Assembly (NCBI RefSeq): GCF_044704955.1
Contig: NC_091989.1
Span: 142,538,001 to 142,602,000, forward strand
Source of the DNA: Pristiophorus japonicus
Lineage: Eukaryota
Direction: 5' to 3'
DNA length: 64,000 bases
Below, piece after piece: positions 12,272 through 24,872 of the stretch; position 1 is the stretch's first letter, and every line of letters starts with the position of its first letter. Made by a program: the position numbers and the translations under genes. The notes below the pieces were generated by a model that did no database searches, was not told the origin of the DNA, and saw only the letters and a list, made by a program, of their open reading frames with translations.

Positions 12272-14875
12272 TAATGGGGAACATGGAGATGGCAGAAACT
12301 CTGAACAAATATTTTGTATCAGTCTTTACGATAGAGGACACAAACAATATCCCAACAGTGGATAGTCAAGTGGCTATAGGGGGTTGGAGGAACTTAACAC
12401 AATCACAATCACTAATACATAAGAAATAGGAAACAGGAGCAGGAGTAGGCCATATGGCCCCTCGGGCCTGCTCCACCATTTTATACAATCTTGGCTGATC
12501 CGATCATGGACTCAGGTCCACTTCCTTGCCAGTTTCCCATAACCCCTTATCGGTTAAGAAACTGTCTCTCTCTGTCTTAAATTTATTCAATGTCCCAGCT
12601 TTCACAGCTCTCTGAGGCAGCGAATTCCACAGATTTACAACACTCTGAGAAAAGAAGTTTCTCCTCGTCTCAGTTTTAAATGGGAGGCCCCTTATTCTAA
12701 GATTATGCCCCCTAGTTCTAGACTCCACCATCAGTGGAAACATTTTCTCTGCAACCACCTGTCAAGCTCCCTCATAATCTTATATGTTTCGATAAGATCA
12801 CCTCTCAATCTTCTGAATTCCAATGAGTAGAGGCCCAACCTATTCAACCTTTCCTCATAGGTCAACCCCCTCATCCCTGGAATCAACCTAGTGAACCTTC
12901 TCTGAACTGCCTCCAAAGCAAGTACATCCTTTCGTAAATATGGAAACCAAAACTGCACGCAGTATTCCAGGTGTGGCCTCACCAATACCTTGTATAGCTG
13001 TAGCAAGATTTCCCTGCTTTTATACTCCATCCTCTTTGCAATGAAGTCCAAGATTCCATTGGCCTTCCTGATCACTTGCTGTACCTGCATACTAACCTTT
13101 TGTGTTTCATGCACAAGTACCCCCAGGTCCTGCTGTACTGCAGCACTTTGCAATCTTTCTCCATTTAAATAATAACATGCTCTTTGATTTTTTTCTGCCA
13201 AAGTGCATGACCTCACACTTTCCAACATTATACTCCATTTGCCAAATTTTTGCCCACTCACTTAGTCTATGTCCTTTTGTAGAGTGATAATGGGACTAAA
13301 GGCGGATAAATCCCCTGGACCTGATGGCTTGCATCCTAGGGTCTTAAGAGAAGTTGCGGCAGGGATTGTGGATGCATTGGTTTTAATTTACCAAAATTCC
13401 CTGGATTCTGGGGAGGACCCAGCAGATTGGAAAACTGCAAATGTAATGCCCCTATTTAAAAAAGGAGGCAGACAAAAAGCAGGAAACTATAGACCAGTTA
13501 GCCTAACATCTGTGGTTGGGAAAATGTTGGAGTCCATTATTAAAGAAGCAGCAGCAGGACATTTGGAAAAGAATAATTCAGTCAGGCAGTGTCGGCATGG
13601 ATTTATGAAGGGGAAGTCATGTTTGATAAATTTGCTGGAATTCTTTGAGGATGTAACGAACAGGGTGGATAAAGGGGAACCAGTAGAAATGGTGTATTTG
13701 GACTTCCAGAAGGCATTTGACAAGGTGCCACATAAAAGGTTACTGCACAAGATAAAAGTTCACGGGGTTGGGGGTAACATATTAGCATGGATAGAGGATT
13801 GGCTAACTAACAGAAAACAGAGAGTCGGGATAAATGGTTCATTCTCGGGTTGGCAATCAGTAACTAGTGAGGTGCCGCAGGGATCAGTGCTGGGACCCCA
13901 CTATTTACAATCTATATTAACAACTTGGAAGAAAGGACTGAGTGTAACGTAACCAAGTTTGCTGATGATACCAAGATGGGAAGAAAAGCAATGTGTGAGG
14001 AGGATACAAAAAATCTGCAAAAGGACATAGACAGGCTAAGTGAGTGGGCAAAAATTTGGCTGATGGAGTATAATGTTGGAAAGTGTGAGGTCATGCAGTT
14101 TGGCAGAAAAAATCAAAGAACAAGTTATTATTTAAATGGAGAAAAATTGCAAAGTGCTGCAGTACAGCGGGATCTGGGGGTACTTGTGCATGAAACACAA
14201 AAGTATGCAGGTACAGCAAGTGATCAGGAAGACCAATGGAATCTTGGCCTTTATTGCAAAGGGGATGGAATATAAAAGCAGGGAAGTCTTGCTACAGTTA
14301 TACAGGGTATTGGTGAGGCCACACCTGGAATACTGTGAACAGTTTTGGTTTCCATATTTACGAAAGGATATACTTGCTTTGGAGGCAGTTCAGAGAAGGT
14401 TCACTAGGTTGATTCCGGGGATGAAGGGGTTAACTTACGAGGAAAGGTTGAGGAGGTTGGGCCTCTACTCGTTGGAATTCAGAAGAATGAGAGGTGATCT
14501 TATCGAAAGATATAAGATTATGAGGGGGCTTGACAAGGTGGATGCAGAGAGGATGTTTGCACTGATAGGGGAGACTAGAACTAGGAGGCATAATCTTAGA
14601 ATAAGGGGCGGCCCATTTAAAACAAATGAAGAGGAATTTCTTCTCTGAACTTTGTAAATCTGTGGAATTTGCTGCCTCAGAGAGCTGTGGAAGCTGGGAC
14701 ATCGAATAAATTTAAGACAGAGATAGACAGTTTCTTAACCGATAAGGGAATAAGGGGTTATGGAGAGTGGGCAGGGAAGTGGACCTGAGTCTATGATCGG
14801 ATCAGCCATGATTGTATTAAATGGCGGAGCAGGCTCGAGGGGCCATATGGCCTACTCCTGCTCCTATTTCTTATG
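12272..14875 (+). mobile_element. CR1 LINE (RT and 3' UTR) interrupted by an inverted copy of the same family
   Basis: ORFs 13269-13952, 13925-14275 and 14136-14648 carry [25 protein letters not shown] and KFADDT; typical CR1 tail. Confidence 0.9.
12417..13282 (-). mobile_element. CR1 LINE 3' fragment, inverted
   Basis: Minus ORFs 12731-13261 and 12504-12758; reverse complement closely resembles 14013-14875. Confidence 0.9.
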
Positions 14876-15591
14876 TGCTGATTTATTCGATGATTCTATA
14901 AATAAAATTACACTGCAAATACTGGAAATTGCTTAAAACACACTTTCCATTAGTGTCTGAATTGAGAACATTTTTGATTTTTGTTTCAGCCCATTTGACA
15001 CCACCCGTACTATATTCTCCTCCTCCTTCTTGTCAAGCTTGTATCTTTGTTGTTTTAGGAGCAATGTTCCCTCTTAACTTTTCTTGGATCACCCTGCCCA
15101 TTCAAAAATCCGTGCATGCGCAGTTTTTGCATTTAAAAGACGGTGAGCCAGCTGTGCAGGAGCTCCAGAATGCGGAAAGGCCACGCAACTTAAAAGGAAC
15201 ATTGATTAGGAGCCTGAATGTTTTAATGCTTCAGTTAAGATTGCATCACTTAAGTGTGAAAGTGTTATGTTTCGCTGGCTTTTTTTTTCCTGCTGTAATG
15301 ATGGCTCTATAATGGTTACGTATTGTGTACGGTTATAGAAATGATGTGAAGTGTTAAGCAGTCTCCTACTGGCAAACTCAACTCTGTCTCCAAGGGTCTG
15401 ATCTTTTTGGTTTCCACAGATAAATAATTAGATCCAGCAGGTTTCTGAAATGTAAAATGAATTTGATTTTGCAAAGTGCACATGTGCAAGCAATGATTCT
15501 AACCCATCAATCTATAAGCAGAAAGAAAATATTAGGTAAACATTTTTGGTGAGATCCACATTTTTATATTAAAAATCTGTTTGCATTACAG

Positions 15592-15693
15592 TGGTGAAGT
15601 CCAAATGTCCCTCCTATGTTGGGGTCACAGGAATTATTCTGCAGGAAATGAAACATATATTCAAGATTATCACTGTGGAAAATAAGCTTAAAG
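15592..15693 (+). CDS. POP4: POP4 penultimate coding exon
   Basis: ag|tggtgaag...cttaaag|gt, 102 nt; VVKSKCPSYVGVTGIILQEMKHIFKIITVENKLK matches Rpp29; phases fit the flanking exons. Confidence 0.95.
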
Positions 15694-16816
15694 GTATTGT
15701 TACAAATTTTGGGTCTGCTCTAGGGATTATTATCACTGGTCTGTCCTGTAATTTGGAATTTATTTAGTCATATGATAACATGACTTTGGGTCACAGCAAT
15801 AAGGCCCTGTAGTAAATGAACTGGATTAACTCCTGCGTGTTTCCATGTTTCTTTTTCTAATCTTCTAAATTAAGACTCTCGTCGATTGTCTCTCTGATGC
15901 TGACCAGGTCTGATCTTAAAATGAGTGTATTTTTCTTACTAGGTCATGCTCTTTTACAAAACTGAACTTGTTCTCATTTCCTAGCTGAACAGGAAACTGG
16001 CGGTTTGACCTCTGACCCAATCCCTGTCTTGGGGGTTGCCAATTAAACCAGCTACCATATGTCTGGGTGGAGGTGTCCTAGTAACAATCTCGTACTGTTT
16101 CCCAAATAAGTAAGACTATCTAAGGGATGAGTTAACAGCCCTTAGTGTCGCAGTTTGAAGTGGTATGTAAGTGGGAGCAGAACACAAACTAATCCGTCTA
16201 GTTTTAATACACATCTTTCCCTCAGCTCCTGGCTGCAAAGGGGATTTAGAGCTTTCTGACTATAAGTTAACTTTAAAGTAACATTTTATTGTAAATCATA
16301 CTTCTGTGGAAAAATAGATAGACCTCAAAACATGACAAGGTTGTACAACTTGTCCCCATGCTTAACTCTAGTAGAGCTAGCCTCTCATACAGTAATTTAT
16401 GTTCACTGCAGTGTAAGCTCCACTGTGGGACTAACTCCTATTTGAACTTCAATATTTGTAGCCCATAATTTCAGTCAAAGTCAGTTAAATGAAGGCTATA
16501 TGTGGATAAATGGTGGATCGTGAAGCATAAATTATTCTTTGGTGCTGGGCTTGTACCATTTCCTCAAATTAGTGGTTTGTAATCATTCCCAGATATCAGT
16601 TCTCTCTTACATATGAGCTATAAATGTTGTTAGTTCTCAAAATATTGACTCTGTCTTGGTACAGGTAGTGACATTACCAGCTTTGTCTATAGAACATTTT
16701 TATTAAAGCAGAACTTTTGTTGTAATGCATTCAAATACTAAAGAATTGAAGTAAGTTGGAAACTTGATTTCACACACTATTCTAATTTTATTTGCTTTCC
16801 CCTCCTGCGACCCCAG

Positions 16817-16953
16817 CTATTCCCAAGCAAAATAGCATCTTCAGTGTGGAAATCGATGGCTTTGTTTCCTACATCTACGGCAGCAAGTTTCAGTTGAGAT
16901 CAAGTGAACGCTCTGCTAAGAAATTTAAAGGGAAAGGAAGCATAGACCTTTAA
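16817..16953 (+). CDS. POP4: POP4 last coding exon
   Basis: AIPKQNSIFSVEIDGFVSYIYGSKFQLRSSERSAKKFKGKGSIDL* is the conserved Rpp29 C-terminus; TAA at 16951-16953. Confidence 0.96.
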
Positions 16954-17259
16954 ACTGAGCGCAGTGCAGCTGGTGCAAGTTAACAACTGCAGTCATTGGC
17001 ACCTTGACACAACTTCGCTGGAAGAGATGTGGCTCTGTGTTTTCAGCTCAACCAGGGGGAACATGAATCGATTGTCTTGTCTGCTAGGATTTTTTTATTA
17101 AACCCTGTTAAATTCCTGCATTCAACTGCTGAGCAATGAAAGGATTCGTCACAACATTCAGTACATGTGTCCTCATCTACGTTAGCTTTTCAGACAGTGA
17201 ATTAACACATACTGAAAATGATTTGTTTGTTTACTAAGTGTTCGGTTTCATTAATGTTC

Positions 17260-17287
17260 ATTAAAATATATACAAGCCAAAATTAAA
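17260..17287 (+). terminator. Candidate POP4 polyadenylation signals (ATTAAA x2)
   Basis: attaaa at 17260-17265 and 17282-17287, about 310 nt after the stop and just before repeat sequence begins. Confidence 0.4.
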
Positions 17288-17314
17288 TCATTGATTACAT
17301 TGGCAGCACCAACC

Positions 17315-18370
17315 ACTTGCATTTATATACCTTTCACATAGAAATATGTCTCAGTGCACTTCACAGAGGAGTAAGAAGAAATGGGCCTCGGGCCAAAACA
17401 AAAGAAACATTAGGAGGGGTGACCAAAAACTTGGTCAAACAGGTGATCTTTAAGGAGGGTCGTAAAAAGGAGAGGGAAGCGGAGAGCAGACTGGTTTAGA
17501 GGGATTTCCAGAGCATGAGTCCTTCAGGTCCGAAGGCATCATTACTAATAGTGGGGTGAAAAGAAGGGGTGATGCACAGAGACTGGAGTGAGAGAAATGA
17601 GAGTTCAGGGAGAGTGGTGATCCTGGAGGAGATTATGGAGTTGTGGAAGGGCAAGGACGAGGAGGAATTTAAATAGGAGAGCTTTAAAATTGACACATTA
17701 TGGGAGCTGGAGCGAATGCAGTGAGGAAAGGAATGATAGATGAGTGATGCAGGTTAGGATATGGACAGCAGAGTTTTTGATGAGCTGTAGTTTAGAGAGG
17801 CTGGAGGATAGGAGGCCAGTCAGGAGGAGCATTGGAGTATGTTTGCCTGGAGATGACAACAGCATGGATGCTTGTTTCAGCAGTAGTTGGCTGGACAAAG
17901 AAAGACTTGGATTTATATGGCCCCTTTCACGACCACCGGACATCTCAAAGCGCTTTACAGCCAATGAAGTACTTTTGGAGTGTAGTAAAGGAAGTGGGTA
18001 ATATTAGAGGTGAACGTAGGTAGTCTTTGTGATGGCAAAGCTATGGAGTCTGAAGTTCAACTCTGGGTCGAATAGGATGCCAAAGTTGAGAACAGTCTGG
18101 TTCAACCTGAGACAGTGCCAGAGAGGGGGATGGAGTTGGATTCTGCTTCAGGAAAAGAAACCTGACCTTTGTCACTGCCACTGTAGTATGTTTTGTCATT
18201 GGTGATTCAGAGGAGGTAAAGGCTACTAAGTGAGCAATGTGTGTATGCACACACTTTGGGTAAAGAAAGACTTGCATTTATATAGCACCTTTCACGATCA
18301 CCGGATGTCTCAGTGCTTTACAGCCAATGAAATACCTTTGTCGTGCAGTCACTTTTGTAATGTGGGTAAG
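17315..18370 (-). mobile_element. Degenerate L2 LINE and L2-tailed SINE fragments
   Basis: Remnant LSKLQLIKNSAVHILT; repeated tails aaagaaagacttgcatttatat at about 17897 and 18262. Confidence 0.6.
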
Positions 18371-19102
18371 GACAAGATGAGGCATAACTGACGGTCCCTG
18401 TGGCTGAATAAGCTGTCGTACTCAATCCAGGCTCTTGGATGCAATAATCGGGGAGGTCAGCACCTGTGGTGCCCCACTGAAGCAGCCACAAGATGCTGCA
18501 TTGGACATTTAATTACAAATTTGCTTTTTGTGAAACTGAATATTTTAAATGCAAATTTAATAAAAGGAAAATGATGGTAAAAATCATCCCATTCAACTTC
18601 TTGCTAGATGTCCTAATTTTGCTCTGGTTTCAGCAACCATTTTGCCTGTTTTTCAGCTTTTTCTTTCAAACTACAAATTTTAAAGACGTTCATACCTCTA
18701 TGCACGACGGTCTGTTATGATTGATGAACCACTTCAACGACACATTAAATTTTGTTATTTTCACATATCTGCAATCTAACTTAAAATACATGGGGAGCGA
18801 ATTTCAAGTTGCTGAACTGTTTCACCTCGATTCATTTGCAAATAAAATTGGTGTGTTTAACTATCATTGTGCATTTTAGCTATCTGATTGAAGGTTACGT
18901 GTTCAGACAATAAAAGGTAGATCTAGCGTTGCCATTCAATGAAGTGATTAATCGATGACAATACCCAACACCACCACTTGCAGCAAAGATAACGTTTTGT
19001 CTGAGAAAAGGGACAGCTAGACTCGAGCAATAAAAGCAACAGTGGCAGTTTGCATAATGTCAAAGAAAAATTGAAAATAATGCACTGCTGAAATTCCCAA
19101 TC

Positions 19103-20155
19103 GTAGAAACATAGAAAATAGGTGCAGGAGTAGGCCCTTCGCGCCTGCATCACCATTCAATAAGATCATGGCTCAGTACCCCTTGCTTTCTCGCCATACT
19201 CCTTGATTCCATTAGCCATAAGGACCATATCTAACTCCCTCTTGAATATATCCAATGAACTGGCAGTAACAACTCTCAACGGTAGGGAATTCTACAGGTT
19301 AACAACTCTCTAAGTGAAGAAGTTTCTCCATCTCAGTCCTAAATGGCTTACCCCTTATCATTAGACTGTGTCCCCTGGTTCTGGACTTCCCCAACATCGG
19401 GAACATTCTTCCTGCATAAACCTGCCTAGTCCCGTCAGAATTTTATATGTTTCTATGAGATCCCCTCTCATCCTTCTAAACTCCAGTGAATACAGGCCTA
19501 GTTGATCCAGTCTCTCCAGTCTCTCCTCATATGTCATCTCGGGAATCAATCTGGTGAACCTTTGCTGCACTCCCTCAACAGCAAGAACGTCCTTCCTCAG
19601 ATTAGGAGACCAAACCTGAACACAATATTCCAGGTGAGGCCTCACCAAGGCCCTGTACAACTGTAGTAAGACCTCCCTGCTCCTATGCTCGAATCCCCTA
19701 GCTATGAAGGCCAACATGCCATTTCCTTCTTCACCACCTGCTGTACCTGCATGCCAACTTTCAATGACTGATCTACCATGACACCCAGGTCTTGTACCTC
19801 CCTTTTTCTAATCTGCCGCCATTAGATAATATTCTGCCTTTGTGTTTTTGCCACCAGAGTGGATAATCTCACATCCACATTATACTGCATCTGCCATGCA
19901 TTTGCCCACTCACTTAACCTGTCCCAGTCATCCTGCAGCCTCTTAGCATCCTCCTCACAGCTCACACTGCCACCTAGCTTAGTGTAATCTGCAAACTTGG
20001 AGATATTACACTCAATTTCTTCATTTAAATCATTAATGTATATTGTAAATAGCTGGGGTCCCAGCACTGAGCCCTGCAGCACCCCACTAGTCACTGCCTG
20101 CCATTCTGAAAAGGACCTGTTTATCCTGACTCTCTGTTTCCTGTCTGCCAACCAA
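19103..20155 (-). mobile_element. CR1 LINE 3' fragment
   Basis: Minus ORFs 19361-19717 and 19822-20205 (GVLQGSVLGP, KFADYT); tail at 19103. Confidence 0.9.
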
Positions 20156-22197
20156 TAGAAAGGCACTTTTATATTACAAGATGGCAGACAATGGATGATG
20201 CACATTACATATTCTAAACACCGAATTTTTGGGTAACTGACTATATTTTACAATTGAAAATGAGCTGGCAGAGTAAGGGAATTGTCACTCGACATTGAGA
20301 ACCAATTCCCACATTTATAGTCTATTAAGCACTTGGGTGTTCACATTGCAGGGTGGACCCAACGTAACTGATACCCAGCTGAAAAGTAAAAGAGAATGTG
20401 GCAGATGGAGGTCGCCTTCCATACAGGTGTACAATGGACAAAAGGTGCCTTCAAATTGTAGTCATTTGGCATTGGACAACAAGATGCAAGTTTTAAAAAC
20501 TGGATCAACTTCACATAAAATTTGAGTATGCCTGTGTGGAATACGCTGCATTGCAAATTGTCAGGTATGTCTTAGGCAATTCAGCTTAACCCATAATAAA
20601 GTAAGGAACGTTTATTTGTTTCTCTTATCCTGAATCTTGTGCGTGATATTATTTTGGCATTAAAAATGACAGATTTTGTCGAATATGGACAAATGTTTGT
20701 ATACGAGTATGAGCTGTGAGTGAAGATGAGCTTTAAAAATATTTTTTAGCAAAGCGCCCTGAATTGTCTTGGGGCCTGAGGTACACTTGCAGAGTAAATT
20801 GGCCAGGAGTGCAGCGGAGGAAGTGGAAACTCGGGTGAGACCCAGAAATGGTGGGTCTCCATCCAGAAGCTGAGCCATTTCTAGCTTCCACCAGGCCTTG
20901 TGGCAGATGGACGTTTCATTCACCTCAAAAAAGGCCCCTGGCATCATAAGGCATCCACTGTCTCGCCACACAGTGACCTGGTTTCTGGGAAGAAAACGGC
21001 ATCTCGATCATTGCAGAGGCAGATGTGGCTCTCATCTTGGCTTGGCAGACCCTGGAATTGATGCCAACTCATTTTTCTTATAAGGAGGGGCAGGGTGAGG
21101 AGATTGCATTGTAGAGGAAGTCGGCCAGCAATATATCCAAGAATCCATTCGCCACCCCATTCCACTCTCTTTGCCCTCCCCCCCCCCTCCCCCAGATGTG
21201 GTCACCCAAGATGTACTCATTCTGCTGTGGGCACCTTATTATTTACGAGATAACCACCCTGACCCTGGACACTCTATTGGAGTCAGGAATAGAGGTTAGC
21301 AACAGGCAGTGGTACTGTGGTCAGGATAATTTTCAGGCCCAAAATGACATTCAGCACCAGAGAGTCAAGATTTTGCTCCCTTAGAATGGCTGGTGGGAGG
21401 GCTGCAGGGTGCTCATGAATGGAGATTACAAGACAGCTTGGCTGAACATCTCGCTCCAGTCTGCAGATATAATCCTGACCTCCCTGTGACTAACTGCTTC
21501 AAATTCACGCACCCCTCCTCTCAAACCTCATTAGTCCTTCGTTCTTTGGCCTCCTACACTGCTCCAGCCTATCCCACTTTCCTGCCACTTTCTCCCATTC
21601 ATATTCCATGTGTCTTCCATTTTTGTCTTTTTACAGCCTGACTTTGAGGAAGTTTGTATAGCATCCAGCTTTTTTTTACTTCTCCAGCTTTAATTGAACC
21701 TGTTTACAGACTATACAGTTAGTGTTTCTTTATAATAGCATACCTGTACTCTTGCCTTTTGTTCTCCCAGCCCATCTTTGTTTTAATTAGTCTTTTAAAG
21801 AGTCGTACTTCACTTTTTCAGTTCTGAAGGATTTTCTTTTGAAGTATTAATTGATCTGTTTTACTCATGGACCTGCAGTATATTCCTGACGTTTTCAGTT
21901 TTTATTTCAGATTTCCACCACTTTTATATACCTGGGATTCATTGTTAATCTAAGCTAAAGTAGCTATTTCTTCCTCCTTCCTCTCCCTACATAGTAATGT
22001 TCCTTTTTTACAAGGGCACAACTTTCATGAAATGTTTGGCAAACCTTATTTTTTCATTTGTTTGCGAATGCACAATAAAATGACATAAATTACTGTTGAG
22101 ATGCACCATGTCTCACCAAATATAAAAAGGCTTGCTATACATGTTTCATGAAGACACCGCCCCTTTAATCTTTTGTGATCTGTATTTGTGCTCGTTG

Positions 22198-22213
22198 CTT
22201 TCACTTTCACTTT
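22198..22213 (-). promoter_or_regulatory. IRF-E/ISRE-like element
   Basis: ctttcactttcacttt = AAAGTGAAAGTGAAAG on the minus strand, about 100 nt upstream of the leader ATG. Confidence 0.55.
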
Positions 22214-22314
22214 GACTATTCAGTTAAGTCGTTGGAAGATCTGTGTTTTTAACAATGATGTACATTTCTTTTTACTTTTTTACAAATCAGTATCAAAATA
22301 AGACAGATTGGACA

Positions 22315-22366
22315 ATGAACTGCTTTCTAGTTGAATTGATGATATTTTACATTGTCTCTTTAGGAG
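22315..22366 (+). CDS. IgSF receptor exon 1: signal peptide
   Basis: ATG, MNCFLVELMIFYIVSLG (hydrophobic core), then consensus donor ag|gtaagt in phase 1; in frame with the V exon. Confidence 0.75.
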
Positions 22367-22372
22367 GTAAGT

Positions 22373-22382
22373 GGGGATTTCC
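22373..22382 (+). promoter_or_regulatory. NF-kB consensus site at the start of the first coding intron
   Basis: GGGGATTTCC fits GGGRNWYYCC. Confidence 0.45.
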
Positions 22383-23177
22383 TTTGAAATGTGTTTACGT
22401 CTCTGGTACTACGATTAAGGAAGTCAGAGGGCAGAAAAGGGTCTGCTGTAAAGTAGGCCTATATTCCAGGGATTCATTCCCTCGGAGGTGGAAAGTTACA
22501 CAATTTATTATTCTGGTTAGACTTTTTATGTAAAAGAACAGAAAAAATGGTGAACATCAATTAACCAAATATAAATTAGGAATGTCCACATGTTCAGGTC
22601 AGAGTTTGTGCAAGGCTGCTTCAGATATATTGAGGTATATCTGTGGCATACTCGGATCAAACGGAGAACCTGCTTCACTTTGTTTCAGACTGTGGTTTTA
22701 TTATGGGCCCTTGTGATCCCTCTTGCTTTTTGGAAGGTGGCACAATGTTACACCAGGCTGTGACGTAGGCACATTAATTGCTAAACACATTTATTAAAAA
22801 AGAAAAAGCCAGTAGCATTATCCTGCCGCAGATTTTACAGCAGTTTTTAAGCTAAGCTATCTTCAGTAAATAAAAAGTAAATCGTTGTGACGGTTGTGCT
22901 AAACTATAATGTGCATAATATTCTAATTTGCCAGTTCTATTTCCTCACCATCGACAAAAGTGTTACGGCCTGATTATTTTTATTAATACACTTCAAACAG
23001 ACTCCAGTATGGCCCAGACAGGCTGAGAAATACTTTCCACAAGCAGCTGCATCAAGCCAGTTTAAGTAATTGTCTATTAAAAACCAAAAGAGCAGCTAAT
23101 CAAATATATATCTGAACCAACCAAAACTACTGCGACTGTATCAAATTAAACTATGGCATGTTTTACCGATGAGGCAA

Positions 23178-23666
23178 GTGGCCCGACATTCAGCTTTATA
23201 AAATGACAGAGCTGCCTTTGGAAGCATGGCAGGCACCGGCAGCTCACCCCAGTAATGTTAATGAGCTCTGAGGCAAGTTTCTGTCCGACCTCAGTCCCCC
23301 CGGCTGGGGGTGGCGCCCATTTCAGGCCAGAAAGCAAGCCTTAAGGAATTTCAGCCTCGGTGTTCTTTAAGTTTTGAATAGAAGCAGGGACCTCGATCTT
23401 AATATCCACATGATGAGCGCGAGAGGGTCGGGTGGGGGGAGTGGGCACAGTTTAAAACGTTAACTACAGCGAATGCAACCCCAACCCGCCGCACATGCGC
23501 ACGTTGCCTTTTTTATGGCAGCGGATAACGGGGCGTCCTTTGTAATTAACAATTGGGAGCCCGACTTAAAATTTACTGTTGCTGCGCGGGTTTCCCAGGG
23601 GACGGAAATCTCGGCAGCGAAAGCAAGGCAGGACCTCACCCGCACCCTCTTAAATATCGGGGCCAC
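23178..23666. mobile_element. Probable Harbinger-like MITE
   Basis: Imperfect TIR gtggcccgacatt / aatatcggggccac around a GC-rich interior. Confidence 0.45.
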
Positions 23667-24530
23667 GGATTTGCTTCCTTTTAGGAATAGTAGTCGTACT
23701 TGTTCCCTTAGTGATTTATGAACAAGAGGATATACAGTCAAACAAATCAGAGGTCTCTCTGTTGTACTTCTGCCAATTCTGTGATCTCACTGCACTGTTG
23801 GGGAGATCTTGGGCTTTCTCCAGATTGAGAAGCTGCTAACATTCCCATTCAGTTGCAGTTATGCATTACTGTGTGACTCACAACATCTGGATGTAGGAAG
23901 GAACCCTTATTTAAGCCTTCTGGCTCCACAAAACTATAACTTGCAAAATGTTTTGTGGCCTTTTCCTGAGCAGCTTCCAGCTGTTTGTTTAAGGACCATT
24001 TGTTTTACTTCGGATTCCATACATAGGATTACATAGGACATCTTACACAGAAACAGGCCATTCGGCCCAAACAGTTCATTTATGCTCCACTCGAGTCTCC
24101 TCCCATCTTTCCTCATCTAAACCTATCAGCATAACCATTTATTCCCTTCTGCCTCATATGTTCGGCCTCTCATGACCCAGCACAGTTCAAGCTCCGCCCA
24201 TTTGTACCTGAATTTTGCATCGCTGTCCTGCAAGTGGCATAGGGCGCCAATTTGTGTCGTAAAGCAGCCGAATGCCTGTTTCAGACAGGCAGGTTGCGGC
24301 TCTATTTACAGGCCCATCTCAATATGGCATTGGGTCGGCCTCGGACACCAATGGGGTGGCCAAGGTGCCCGCTGCAATTGTGCAACTCTTGGCCAGTAAA
24401 ATGATGGCCATGAATTTTATTTCTCCCCAGTGGAGTTCTACTAAATAAAGCATTTATTCCAATTAATGATTTATTAGGCATATTCAAAACCTATTTTTTT
24501 CTTATATGTGTATCATTTTGTTTAATGCAG

Positions 24531-24872
24531 CAACCTTGGAGGTGGTGGTCAGCCCAGCTGTGTTCAGTGCCACAATTGGTGAAAGTGTCCTGCTAGGCTG
24601 CTTATTTTCTCACACCGCTGAGCTTGATTTGAGATACATTGTGATTGAATGGAACCACAGAGTGGGAGATGATGAAAAAGCAGTTTGTTTATTCGACTTT
24701 GGAGAATATGAAAGCTATAGACCAGGATCAAGTCTCTTTTTAAATGAGATAAGCAAAGCAAATGCTTCTTTGCTCATAAAAAATGTTACTATTCATGACA
24801 TTGGATCATATTCCTGCACAGTTTCAATATCTCCTGATAAAGCAAGGGGGCAAGTTACTCTGTCAGTCACAG
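24531..24872 (+). CDS. IgSF receptor exon 2: Ig V-set domain (B7-H6/NCR3LG1/tapasin-related-like)
   Basis: cag|ca...aca g|gtgagt, phase 1-1, 342 nt; GESVLLGC, IEW, ANASLLIKNV, DIGSYSC (DxGxYxC). Confidence 0.93.

Noticed and set aside
24531-24872. V exon as VSTM2B, the Ig gene next to POP4 in mammals
   Set aside because: VSTM2B lies upstream of POP4 and has a single V domain; this gene is downstream and has C1 domains
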